64,000 nucleotides of DNA, taken from positions 36,331-100,330 of the IMG/VR virus record IMGVR_UViG_3300037247_000703; one strand, given 5' to 3'. Every line of letters begins with the position of its first letter. Position 1 is the stretch's first letter. This document shows positions 18,801 through 27,950 of the stretch, piece by piece. Made by a program: the position numbers and the translations under genes. The notes beneath the pieces were generated by a model that saw nothing but the letters and a program-made list of their open reading frames with translations, was not told where the DNA came from and did not search any database. This DNA comes from a virus.

Positions 18801-19369
18801 GCGTCTCGCTCCGGGTAGACCGGCATGCCCTCAGTCGACTCGCGCATCGGCATCACGACCGCGAGAAAATGCTCGTGCCGAAACACAATCGGTGCGAGAT
18901 TGTCGCGCGTGTGGGGATAGACCGCGACGATCCCATCTTCATCGCCGAACGCAAGCGCCATCGCGATCAGGTTTCGATCGATGGCGCGGTCGAACAAGTT
19001 GCCGCCGTACCGGGCGACGTTCATGCCCTGCTCGCAGTGTGGGCAGCGGCGGAACTTCGGGGTGCCACACCACCCGCGCAGATCCTTGAGTCGGGCATCG
19101 ATCGCGTGCGCACTCGTCGGCGCGAAGTAACTGAAGAAGGTGGTCGCATACGTTTCGGGCAACGGCTTGAGTCCGCGCGCAGCGGTGTCGCTGATCAGTT
19201 TCGTGCTCACCGCGAGCATTGACCAGCCGTTCGACGACACCGCGTAAGTCTTCCCGCCCTGCGTAAACGCGAACACGCGCGACGTGATATCGCGCTCGGC
19301 ATGTCTCTTCTCGAACGTGCGCAAGGCTTCAAGAGTCTGGTACGCGTTGACCGATGTGGCTTGGCTCAT
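18797..19369 (-). CDS. hypothetical protein with a beta-clamp-like C-terminal motif
   Basis: SSNGWSMLAV, CPHC, APIVF..FLAVVMPMR. Confidence 0.6.
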   Translation of the reverse strand: MSQATSVNAYQTLEALRTFEKRHAERDITSRVFAFTQGGKTYAVSSNGWSMLAVSTKLISDTAARGLKPLPETYATTFFSYFAPTSAHAIDARLKDLRGWCGTPKFRRCPHCEQGMNVARYGGNLFDRAIDRNLIAMALAFGDEDGIVAVYPHTRDNLAPIVFRHEHFLAVVMPMRESTEGMPVYPERDA

Positions 19370-19608
19370 GGCTTCACGATCCTCGGTTGCTCGCGCGGCT
19401 GCACTCCCTTGCACCTGTGCGTTTCGGTACAGCCGTCACAGATGAAATACTTGCAGGTCACGCACTGATTGACGTGCTGCTCGGCGGTGAAGTCTTCGCC
19501 GCAGTCGGGGCATCGCGGCTTGAACTTTTTGATCAGCTCTTGCCGCTTGCGAAGCTCCTTGGCTGCGAGCTTGGCATCTCGGTTCGCTTTCTCATTGCGC
19601 CCGCTCAC
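19366..19608 (-). CDS. Zn-finger protein
   Basis: CPDC..CVTC..CDGC..HRC. Confidence 0.65.
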   Translation of the reverse strand: MSGRNEKANRDAKLAAKELRKRQELIKKFKPRCPDCGEDFTAEQHVNQCVTCKYFICDGCTETHRCKGVQPREQPRIVKP

Positions 19609-19611
19609 GAG

Positions 19612-19836
19612 TCAGGCTTTATGGGTGATGCTCGACGGCTTCTCGTTCACGGTGCGCGTCGTCAGGCCCGGCTGTGGTTCCATGTTGTACCAAGCATCGC
19701 GTGCTTGAGTTGCGGTGTTGAAGGCGTGAAGCGAATCCATCATGTACTGCGCGAGAATAAAGTCAGGCGTGTTGCTCTCATTTTCCTGGCACGCCTTGTT
19801 GAGTATGCGGGCCAATTCTTTTTCGAATTCAGTCAC
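19612..19836 (-). CDS. conserved phage hypothetical protein
   Basis: ENESNTPDFILAQYM..RDAWY; GTG start after GGAG. Confidence 0.7.
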   Translation of the reverse strand: MTEFEKELARILNKACQENESNTPDFILAQYMMDSLHAFNTATQARDAWYNMEPQPGLTTRTVNEKPSSITHKA

Positions 19837-20167
19837 TGTCGTCTCCTTCGATCTTGGGTTCTCGGAAATCGTCGTCGAAAACGCCCCCCGCCGGAAAGCG
19901 AGTCGGCTTCTTCGATGGCGTCTTGCTGTCGGTTTCATCGAGCGCCGCGATCACAATCGTGATGAGCGAATCATTTGCCTCGCGCATGGCATCGAGCACC
20001 GCGCGCCCGCTCGTGCCCTCGGGCGGATTGTCGAATGCCTCGCGCAGCTTCTCGGTCGGCAGCAACATGCGGAACTGTGTGTCGAGCTGTCGGTGTAGCG
20101 CGGCGCGATCTTCGAGTAACGCGCGCAGGTCGTTGACGACATTCACTTCCTTGATGTCGATGCTCAT
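19829..20167 (-). CDS. hypothetical protein
   Basis: ATGA overlap. Confidence 0.6.
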   Translation of the reverse strand: MSIDIKEVNVVNDLRALLEDRAALHRQLDTQFRMLLPTEKLREAFDNPPEGTSGRAVLDAMREANDSLITIVIAALDETDSKTPSKKPTRFPAGGVFDDDFREPKIEGDDSD

Positions 20168-20385
20168 GACCTGACGATCCTCCATTCTTCCTCTTCGCCG
20201 TGTTGCTCAAATTGGAAGTCGATGTCCATGCACACGATGAACTTTTCGTTGAGCTGCCGGATGCCGTACCACTCGGGCGCATCGCCGCGCTGTGTGAGCG
20301 CCATGAGTAGCTTCACTTGATCGATGTCGAGCTTCCGTTGCGTGAACGTCGTGCCCGAGATGAAGCCCATGATCGGATTAGCCAT
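20164..20385 (-). CDS. hypothetical protein
   Basis: TGATG overlap with the methyltransferase; SD GGAGAG. Confidence 0.6.
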   Translation of the reverse strand: MANPIMGFISGTTFTQRKLDIDQVKLLMALTQRGDAPEWYGIRQLNEKFIVCMDIDFQFEQHGEEEEWRIVRS

Positions 20386-22184
20386 CAACTCTCTCCCTGT
20401 TCGAGTTCGTGAAGACCGTGCGGCAAGTCCGCATCGGGTTCGGCAATCCTCTGCGCATAGATCGACATTCCAATCGCGCGATCCCATGCGTCGAGTGCGC
20501 GTTCTGCGTCAGTCAGCTCTGGTTCATCTTCCGTGATTGTCTGTTCGGAATCGGCCGCCGCCTGATCGAGCAGCGCTTCCGCGCTGTCGAGAAATTGTGA
20601 CTCGGCCGCCGCTTGTAATCGCTCGGTCATGTCGAGCTGTTCGAAGCGAGTCTTCTCGTCGACGCCGGCTGCCTTGAGTAACGGGGCTTGTTCGGCCTCC
20701 CACTCTTCCCAGAACTTGATCCGAGCACGCGCGAGCGCGGCGTGCTTCTCGCCCAGCTCGAACCCGAGGAAGTCGAAGCCCTCGATGACGGCCGCGCAAC
20801 CGGTCGGCCCCGACCCGCAGAACGGATCGAGCACGACGCCGCCCGGGGGTGTGATGATGCGGACGAGCCACGACATGAGCGCGACCGACTTGACCGTCGG
20901 ATGCGTGTTCTTGGCGCCCCCTGTGCGCCCTGCGCCCGCCCGCGGATTCCCGAGCCCCTTGCTCCCATCCTTGCGATCGGTCGCCTGACCGGCTGTGGAC
21001 GCCTCGAACGCGTCGAGGCCCGCGTCACGCTCAGCCCGGCTGGGCTTGGCCTCGTAGCGGAAGGTCGCGAAGAACCGCGAGGCCCCGCCTATGTCGCCAT
21101 AGGTGGCTAGACTGTCGGTCAGGTTTGGCTTCCGCGAACCGTGGGCGCGTGTCGATATGGCGGTGCGCCCGCTGTCGGCGTTGCTCCGGGCAATGCCGCC
21201 GCCCGCTAAGCCGCTTTGACGGTCTAGCTCAGCGACGGGGCACCCGACAGCGCAGTTCCACAGCACGACGCTCTCGTCGCCATACAGCGGCCCTGACGGC
21301 TTGTTGTCGCCGGCCTCGGCTCCGGTGTCCACAAAGCCCGCTGGCCGGCTCCCCTGACTACCCTGACGCCGGTCGCCGCGGATATGCCCCGTGCCAACAG
21401 GCTCGCAGTCCGGCCCGTGCGACAGGATCAGGTTCGCCGGCCAGCGGCCACCGTTCTTGCCGGCCACGGCTGAGCGGTTCGTGCTCGCCCAGCCGCTCGC
21501 CGACATCGTTGACTTGCCGAGTTGTCGTTCGAGCTTCTCGTCGGTGCCGATGCGACAGGCATCAATATTGAGCGCGCCCGTGCCGTACAGCAACACGTTG
21601 CGCGCGACAGTCTTCTCGATCGGTTTGCGCGCGAGAATCCAATGCTCGGTAGCTGGCTTGAGTGCAGTTCCCCAACCTTCCCACTGCTTGGCGGATTCTG
21701 TGGCAGGAGCGGTTATGTCCATCGATCCACCCTTGTCGGGACCGCTGCCGTAAACAAAGTTAGGTCCGTAGCTTTCCAGCTTCGAAACACTGCCGACGAC
21801 ATCACGCTCAGCCCCCGCCGCCCTGTCGATCGCCTTGCTCACGTCGAGCGACTTTGGAAAGCCGTTGCCGAAATGGTGATGCACGATGTCGCGGATCTCG
21901 AACTGCGCATCTTCGATCGCAAACGCGGTCCAATGAGAGGTACGAGGCAGAGCCCACACGAGCAGGTGCCCACCCGGCTTGAGTACGCGATAGCACTGCG
22001 ACATGATCGTGAACAGCCAATCGATCCAGACGTCGCGCCCGCCTTTGTTCGAATCCCACTTTTTCCCCATGAACGAAATGCCAGCGGGCGGATCGGTCAC
22101 GATCGAGTCGATGCACTCGTCAGGCAACGCTGGCAAACCGAAACGTCGATCCATGTTCGGCGCGGTGATCACGTTCCACGTCAT
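20385..22184 (-). CDS. orphan DNA N6-adenine/N4-cytosine methyltransferase (beta class)
   Basis: VTDPPAG, RVLKPGG, HPTVKS, VLDPFCGSG; start reassigned to the ATGA overlap at 22184. Confidence 0.88.
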   Translation of the reverse strand: MTWNVITAPNMDRRFGLPALPDECIDSIVTDPPAGISFMGKKWDSNKGGRDVWIDWLFTIMSQCYRVLKPGGHLLVWALPRTSHWTAFAIEDAQFEIRDIVHHHFGNGFPKSLDVSKAIDRAAGAERDVVGSVSKLESYGPNFVYGSGPDKGGSMDITAPATESAKQWEGWGTALKPATEHWILARKPIEKTVARNVLLYGTGALNIDACRIGTDEKLERQLGKSTMSASGWASTNRSAVAGKNGGRWPANLILSHGPDCEPVGTGHIRGDRRQGSQGSRPAGFVDTGAEAGDNKPSGPLYGDESVVLWNCAVGCPVAELDRQSGLAGGGIARSNADSGRTAISTRAHGSRKPNLTDSLATYGDIGGASRFFATFRYEAKPSRAERDAGLDAFEASTAGQATDRKDGSKGLGNPRAGAGRTGGAKNTHPTVKSVALMSWLVRIITPPGGVVLDPFCGSGPTGCAAVIEGFDFLGFELGEKHAALARARIKFWEEWEAEQAPLLKAAGVDEKTRFEQLDMTERLQAAAESQFLDSAEALLDQAAADSEQTITEDEPELTDAERALDAWDRAIGMSIYAQRIAEPDADLPHGLHELEQGES

Positions 22185-22555
22185 TCGGCTAGGCCCCCAT
22201 TGATGACCGACAGCTCTGCCCACGAGTCGAGCACGCGATACTCGATCGGGATGCCGCGCCCCTCGGCGTGTGCGATCCCGTACTGCATGCCCTTCGTGAT
22301 TCCGAGGTTCGTATAGACGACCGTGGCATCGGCGACATCGCGCCACAGGAAGCCCGCCTGAATGCCTCGCTCGCGCTCGACCGGGATGCGATCATCGAGC
22401 ACGCCCGGCTGAGTGTAGAGACCGTGCGAGGCGTAGGGGGCTTCGTCGTGGTTGACGATAGCATCGCGCATGCACGCTCGAAGGAAGCGCAGGTTGCGCT
22501 CGACGATCTGATCGTCGTCGCTACCGTAAGGCGACTCGATGACGACGCGCCTCAT
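22181..22555 (-). CDS. hypothetical protein, possibly nucleoside 2-deoxyribosyltransferase-like fold
   Basis: VVIESPYG..N...EAPYASHGLY..LDD..ER..GI..G..W..VYTNLGITKGM. Confidence 0.65.
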   Translation of the reverse strand: MRRVVIESPYGSDDDQIVERNLRFLRACMRDAIVNHDEAPYASHGLYTQPGVLDDRIPVERERGIQAGFLWRDVADATVVYTNLGITKGMQYGIAHAEGRGIPIEYRVLDSWAELSVINGGLAE

Positions 22556-22734
22556 GGCTTGACCGGCCCTCGGTCGACATCGGCCTTCGGCATCGGTTCT
22601 CGACCGGAACCATTACAGTGGCCACAGGTTTTTTTGATTGGCTTTCCGTGGCGCCACAACCCTGTAGGAAGTGCTCGCGCGCCGTTGCAGCTCGTGCACG
22701 GTGTATCGGTGTCAATGTTCTTGATCGGCGTCAT
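22552..22734 (-). CDS. small DnaJ-type zinc finger protein
   Basis: CTSCNG...CGHCNGSG. Confidence 0.6.
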   Translation of the reverse strand: MTPIKNIDTDTPCTSCNGARALPTGLWRHGKPIKKTCGHCNGSGREPMPKADVDRGPVKP

Positions 22735-23438
22735 CCGTTGCCCTCGAAGATGCGGATGACTTCGGCGTATGGCTTGCCGCCGGCCTCGCTGTGGTAGATG
22801 CGACCGAACGTGATCTCTCCCTCGACCTCGACGACACGTTCCGTCATGTTCTTGCGGAACGGCCACATGAAGTAATAGGGCGGCCCGGTGAACTCGTTGA
22901 CGATCCACTCGATCGTCGACCGTCGAATGCTGCCGTACCGCCAGACGTTGACGACCATGTTCATCGCATAGCCGCGCAACTCAGCATCGCGACGGAAGGC
23001 CGCCGGCCACGGTGCGGTTGACACGAGTCCGAGTAGCGGGAACGTCCACCACGGGGCACCGACGACAGCGCAGACGATAGCGCCGGTCAGAGCGAGCGGG
23101 AAGGTGAGGGACTGTGGCAGGAGGTAGCAGAACTTCCACCACCGTTGTTCGCCCTTGGCGTCGAGCAGGTGAACATACTCATGTGCGAGAATCTTCGTCG
23201 CCTTCCACGGATTCTCTGCGACGAACTCGCGACTCGGGAACCAGACGATCGGATAGATAGTCGACACATACTTTTTCATGTAGTGACGATTGAAAATCCA
23301 GACAACGACCGCGATCAGCTTCTGAACAAAGCTCTCGTTCTTGTAGCGAATCTCGAATCCGGGGATTTCGCGCGCGATGAACGCCGACAGATCGGCAAAC
23401 AGGATTGCCGCCCGCTTTCGTGTGACTTGTGTTGCCAT
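22731..23438 (-). CDS. membrane HExxH metallopeptidase-like protein
   Basis: LAHEYVH, TM segments, RRDAELRGYA. Confidence 0.7.
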   Translation of the reverse strand: MATQVTRKRAAILFADLSAFIAREIPGFEIRYKNESFVQKLIAVVVWIFNRHYMKKYVSTIYPIVWFPSREFVAENPWKATKILAHEYVHLLDAKGEQRWWKFCYLLPQSLTFPLALTGAIVCAVVGAPWWTFPLLGLVSTAPWPAAFRRDAELRGYAMNMVVNVWRYGSIRRSTIEWIVNEFTGPPYYFMWPFRKNMTERVVEVEGEITFGRIYHSEAGGKPYAEVIRIFEGNG

Positions 23439-23446
23439 TGGTTCGC

Positions 23447-25516
23447 CTAGAACGGAATGTCACCGTCGGGTAAGTCGCCGCTGCCTCCGAAGCTGTTGTT
23501 CGCTTCGAGTAGGTTGCCTTCGGTGCCGAGAAACTTTGCGACGTCGCCAAGGTCTTCGGACCGTGGCACGCGGGGCAAGCTGCGAGTGAACCGCTTACCG
23601 TAGCCCTTGGTAACGAGTCGGTTGTCGAAGCACACGATCACGCCGCGATCGTCTTCGTCGCGAATGAGACGACCGAAGCCTTGCTTGAACATCACGATCG
23701 CCCGCGGCACCGAGTGCACCATGAACGACGAATTCATGAACGACTCGCCTCGGAGCTTCTCGTTCAATGCGTCGAGCACTGGGTCGCTCGGTGACGGGAA
23801 CGGTAGCTTGTCGATGATGACGCACGACAGGGACTCACCCGGCACATCGACACCGGCCCAGAACGACGACACACCGAACAGCACGCTGTCGATTTCGCGA
23901 CGGAAGTCTTCGACGAGTTGTGTGCGCGGCTTGTCGCCTTGCTTGAACAGCGCCACTTGTTGAATCTGTGAGGCCGCGACGTCGTAGCAGTAGTTCAGAT
24001 TTCGGAATGACGTGAACAGGCACAGCGTGCGCCCGCGCGCTTGACGGATGACGTGAACGATTGCGTCGGCGAGAGTCTCTTGGAAGTCGCGGTCGCGCGG
24101 ATCGGGAAACTTGCGCGGCACGATCAATAGCGCTTGCTTGTGGTTGAACGGCGACTCGACGATCAGCCGGCTCGGCTCCTGAACACCAATCTCGTCTTCG
24201 ATGTAGTCGAAGGTCTCGTCGGTTGCCAAGGTGGCCGACGTCATGATCACAGACGGCACGCTGTGAAACAACGCGACCTTGAGCAGACCTGCGACATTGA
24301 TCGGCTTGCCTTTGAGCGCGACCTTGTTCGCATCGCGGAAATCTTGCTCGATGAACACGACGGTGTTGTCATCTTCCAGCTCCATCGAGTTGGCGATGAT
24401 GTCTTTCATCGACTTGGCGCGGTTGCGCTCGATCTCGATGTCGGCCTTAGCGTCTTCCGTCGGCGCCGACGCCTGATGCTGCCGCAGATTCTCTTCGACT
24501 TCATCGAGTGCCGCGACGAGCGGCTCGTACTTCACGACGCCCGGCTTACGAAGGCGCACGTTGTAGTTGTCGCTCTTGGCGTATTCGCGCAGGTCGTCAA
24601 AGAATTCCTCGCCGCGCTTGTTCATCTCGGTTGCCAGACCCGGTAACTTCTGCTTTTCCAGAAACCTCGACAACCGCTTGAACGCACCCGGCGCCATTCG
24701 GTAGCCGAGAAAATCACGCGCGATGTCGACCGCCTCGTGCGCTTCGTCGAGGATCGCGACATCGAACGGCGGAAGCACTGCGCCGGCATACTTGATGTTC
24801 GCGAACAGAACATGATAGTTGCACACGATGATGTTCGCGAGTTTGGCTTCCTCACGAGCGAGCAATGAGAAGCATTGCAAGGCATGCCGGCATTTCTTGC
24901 CCTTGCAATCGTCGGCACCGACCGACAACCGTGACCAGTTGATGCCCGATGGCACGAAGGGAAGCTCGGACTTGTCGCCGGTTTTCGTCTCGTTGGCCCA
25001 CGCGAGCAGCTTCTTCATTTCGCCGTCGAACGTGTGGGCGGTCGTCTTGTCGGCGAACATGTCTTTCTGTTTCGCGCGCTCGGTGTCGCCGAGTAGCTTG
25101 GCCTCTTGACTGAGGCACAGATAGTTCGATTTGCCCTTGAACAGAGCGAAAGAGAACCGCCACGGTATGATCTCTCGCAGCCGTGGCAGGTCTTTTTCGC
25201 AGAGCTGTTCTTGAAGCGCGATGTTCGCGGTCGCGACGACGATCGTCTTGCCGTAGAAGACGGACTGATAGATCGCCGGCACGAGATACGCGAACGACTT
25301 GCCCGTTCCGGTCGGCCCTTCACAGATCAGGTGATCGCCGGTTGCGATCGCCGAGAGCACTGCACGCGAGAGCGAGATTTGGCCGGGTCGCGGTTTGTAT
25401 CCGTCGAACTTCTGCGAGAGGTATCCGCTCTCGCCGAAGGTTGCCTCGATCGGATCATCTACGCGCGGCCCCGCCATGCTCGTGAGCGAGCGCACCTGTT
25501 CTGTTTCGGTTCCCAC
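23447..25516 (-). CDS. DinG/YoaA-family ATP-dependent helicase (Fe-S)
   Basis: RPGQ, GPTGTGKS, four Fe-S Cys, DEAH, SATL, FWAGVDVPG, QGFGRLIR. Confidence 0.93.
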   Translation of the reverse strand: MGTETEQVRSLTSMAGPRVDDPIEATFGESGYLSQKFDGYKPRPGQISLSRAVLSAIATGDHLICEGPTGTGKSFAYLVPAIYQSVFYGKTIVVATANIALQEQLCEKDLPRLREIIPWRFSFALFKGKSNYLCLSQEAKLLGDTERAKQKDMFADKTTAHTFDGEMKKLLAWANETKTGDKSELPFVPSGINWSRLSVGADDCKGKKCRHALQCFSLLAREEAKLANIIVCNYHVLFANIKYAGAVLPPFDVAILDEAHEAVDIARDFLGYRMAPGAFKRLSRFLEKQKLPGLATEMNKRGEEFFDDLREYAKSDNYNVRLRKPGVVKYEPLVAALDEVEENLRQHQASAPTEDAKADIEIERNRAKSMKDIIANSMELEDDNTVVFIEQDFRDANKVALKGKPINVAGLLKVALFHSVPSVIMTSATLATDETFDYIEDEIGVQEPSRLIVESPFNHKQALLIVPRKFPDPRDRDFQETLADAIVHVIRQARGRTLCLFTSFRNLNYCYDVAASQIQQVALFKQGDKPRTQLVEDFRREIDSVLFGVSSFWAGVDVPGESLSCVIIDKLPFPSPSDPVLDALNEKLRGESFMNSSFMVHSVPRAIVMFKQGFGRLIRDEDDRGVIVCFDNRLVTKGYGKRFTRSLPRVPRSEDLGDVAKFLGTEGNLLEANNSFGGSGDLPDGDIPF

Positions 25517-25559
25517 CGATTACCCCCTGACCGGGTTGCAGTTCGCCGCTAGCTAGCGA

Positions 25560-26324
25560 CTACTCGAACGGATCGATCTCCGCTTCCGGTTCGGGGGCGT
25601 TGCCGCTCTTGTCGGCGAGCCACTTCATCGCGGCGTCGAGCTTCGCGCCGGGCAGCTCCTTGACGCGCTTGATGTCGAACTTCGTCAGGAACGAATCCAG
25701 CTCGCTGCGGTCGAGCGCCTTGAGGCCAGCGATCAGCTCCTTGCTTTGTTTGTCGCTGATGACGCCGTTGCTCGAACTGCTCGTGCCCTTCTTCTCGTCG
25801 TCGCTGCTCGCGTTCGGGTTGGCCAGATCGTGAAGCTGAGCCTTCGCGATCTTGTCGACGAGACCCGGCACGTCTTCGATCTTTTTGTCGGGGAGCACCG
25901 AGTAGGTCGTCTTCGGATCCTTGGCCTTGCCCTTGCGCTCCATCTCGAAGATCCACACGCCGAGTCCGTACTTGGTTTTGCATTTGACGAGATCGTTGAA
26001 CCAAGTCACGCCGTTCTCGAACATCGCGACTCGCTCGTCTTCCTTCATGCTGTCGCCGTTGCCCGTCGCGAGAACGTAGCAGTTGATCGACGCGCGGAAG
26101 CTCGGTTTTTTGTCGGCGTGATTGTCGGCGTAGGCTTTGCCTTCGTCGCTGTCAGCCTCGATGTACTGCTCTTGCTTCGTGTCCCAAAACACGAGCCGAG
26201 AGTGCGGCTCGCCAAGAAAGACGACGACGCACTTGTCGCCGTCGTCTTTCAGGCTGAGAAACTTGCCGCCGACACTTGCGTCGTCGGCCATTTGCTGACC
26301 GGTGTCCCATCCACTTTGACCCAT
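25560..26324 (-). CDS. single-stranded DNA-binding protein-like
   Basis: Beta-rich N-terminus (KFLSLKDDGD..FLGEP, ERKGKAKDPKTTY), acidic tail EAEIDPFE, next to a helicase; SD AGGAG. Confidence 0.6.
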   Translation of the reverse strand: MGQSGWDTGQQMADDASVGGKFLSLKDDGDKCVVVFLGEPHSRLVFWDTKQEQYIEADSDEGKAYADNHADKKPSFRASINCYVLATGNGDSMKEDERVAMFENGVTWFNDLVKCKTKYGLGVWIFEMERKGKAKDPKTTYSVLPDKKIEDVPGLVDKIAKAQLHDLANPNASSDDEKKGTSSSSNGVISDKQSKELIAGLKALDRSELDSFLTKFDIKRVKELPGAKLDAAMKWLADKSGNAPEPEAEIDPFE

Positions 26325-26460
26325 GATTCGATCTCCTGTTGGCAAAAAGGTTTCGGGTTGCGGAAACGCTTAATACCGAATCGGTCTGACAGGATGCAAC
26401 TGTTTTGAGCCTGTGGATTTGTGCGCAAGCTGTGGGCAAGCTGCCTAGTTCCGCGCAGCC

Positions 26461-26670
26461 TCAAGGAGTTCCGTTTCGAATTTTTTTTATGTGCTCGTCG
26501 AGGGCAAGTCGCTTGACATAGCGACACAGGGATCGATGCGAAACGTCGAGATGCTCGGCCGCGCGCGTCGTGTTCCCGTCGGTCGCGAGAAAGGCTGTGA
26601 GGATGCGCTTGCGCGCTTCTGCCGGGTGTTTCTCGACGAGCTGCCCCCACGGTGTTCTACGGTATGACAT
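26461..26670 (-). CDS. stand-alone Fis/NtrC-type HTH protein
   Basis: ILTAFLATDGNTTRAAEHLDVSHRSLCRYVKRL (HTH_8 pattern). Confidence 0.8.
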   Translation of the reverse strand: MSYRRTPWGQLVEKHPAEARKRILTAFLATDGNTTRAAEHLDVSHRSLCRYVKRLALDEHIKKIRNGTP

Positions 26671-26683
26671 GGCTTGCCGGCTC

Positions 26684-27592
26684 CTAGTCTTCGTCTTCGT
26701 TGTCGTCTTCGTCTTCGTCGTCGGTGAGGCTGTCGCCGACGGCATTGCGCAGGGTCGCCTTGTCGTCTTCTTCCTGCGAGATGATGGCGTCCATTATCTC
26801 GTGATCGAGAATGCCCTCGAACGCGTCGGTGATGACCTCTTCGAGCACTTCGGGATCGAGCGCGTCGACCTCCCACGATGACGTTCCGTATTTAGCGACA
26901 TATTCAGGCGCTCGCACGTCAGTCATCTTCGCCGGGTTTGGGGGCGGGTCGTACTCGTGCACTTGTTCGATTGTCAGGGCGATCTTCTCGACAGTGAGTC
27001 CACAGATGCCAAACTCGTGCATGCGTGTACGAATGTCGCGCACCATGTCTTCGCCGGACGGATCCAGGTCGCCGAGATAAAACAGTGCGAGCTGGCGATC
27101 GTACTCGTAGGGGCGGAACCGCTCGGCGCCTTCCTTCATCGCTGACGCCGACGAGTAACCGCGATTGACCATCAGGGTGACGTGGAACTGTCGCGCGAGT
27201 GGAGCGAGCACCGACGCGAGCGCATCCTTCTCGACCCACAGTTCGGCGTAATACTCTTGGCCCCTCCATCGCGGCAGTCGGTAACTCCGAAGCGCGGTCT
27301 CGACGAGATCCGACAGGCTGCTGAATTCTGGCGGATTCCTCGGCTGTCGGACGCGGTCTTCGATCGCGTGCCAATCCATCAGTCCCGCGAGGCGAGCGCG
27401 CGTGACCAGTGACGACAGGTTTTGGTAACTGCGCTCGGTATTCGGCACGATGTTTTTGGAGACGAGTTGGTAGTAGAGCTGCCGCAGCGTGAGCTGGTAC
27501 TTCGACAACCTGCGGATGATCGCGTTGCACGTCGCTACCAGCTCCCTTGAATGGGCTCGCGGGTTCCACTCTCGGAATTTTTCCCTCGCCAT
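26684..27592 (-). CDS. Topo VI-A/Spo11-like TOPRIM protein
   Basis: LTLRQLYYQL, WVEKDAL, NRGY, YLGDLDPSG, WEVDAL. Confidence 0.8.
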   Translation of the reverse strand: MAREKFREWNPRAHSRELVATCNAIIRRLSKYQLTLRQLYYQLVSKNIVPNTERSYQNLSSLVTRARLAGLMDWHAIEDRVRQPRNPPEFSSLSDLVETALRSYRLPRWRGQEYYAELWVEKDALASVLAPLARQFHVTLMVNRGYSSASAMKEGAERFRPYEYDRQLALFYLGDLDPSGEDMVRDIRTRMHEFGICGLTVEKIALTIEQVHEYDPPPNPAKMTDVRAPEYVAKYGTSSWEVDALDPEVLEEVITDAFEGILDHEIMDAIISQEEDDKATLRNAVGDSLTDDEDEDDNEDED

Positions 27593-27593
27593 C

Positions 27594-27950
27594 TCAGTCG
27601 CCTCCGTCTTGCAGGGTCCACCCTTCGGGCATGATCCACTCGGGGCCGTCGGCCACGAGCTTGATCTCGCCGGGGTTCTTGCGGTCGCTGTAGTGCATGC
27701 TCCATCCGCCGGATCGATAGGTGCCGCGCTTCGGTTGGTTGCTCGAAGACACGTCGATGTAGCGCGCGTCAGCCGGCTGTGTGAACGCGGCGCCGCGAGC
27801 CAAGATGATCTGCCGGGTCTTGCCCTTCACAGACAGGATTCGCACGAACCGCCGCTTGCCGCGAGGGTCATCGCCGTGCCGGTGAAGCCAGACTTGCCCG
27901 GCGCGCGGGATGCGCTCGGGCTGCCGGCAGACTCGCCGCCGTCTAGCCAC
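27594..27950 (-). CDS. hypothetical protein
   Basis: GTG start overlapping the upstream stop; PRAGQVW..RFVRILSV. Confidence 0.55.
   Translation of the reverse strand: MARRRRVCRQPERIPRAGQVWLHRHGDDPRGKRRFVRILSVKGKTRQIILARGAAFTQPADARYIDVSSSNQPKRGTYRSGGWSMHYSDRKNPGEIKLVADGPEWIMPEGWTLQDGGD

Noticed and set aside
26684-27592. Wadjet (JetD) defence system
   Set aside because: No JetABC/SMC genes in the window
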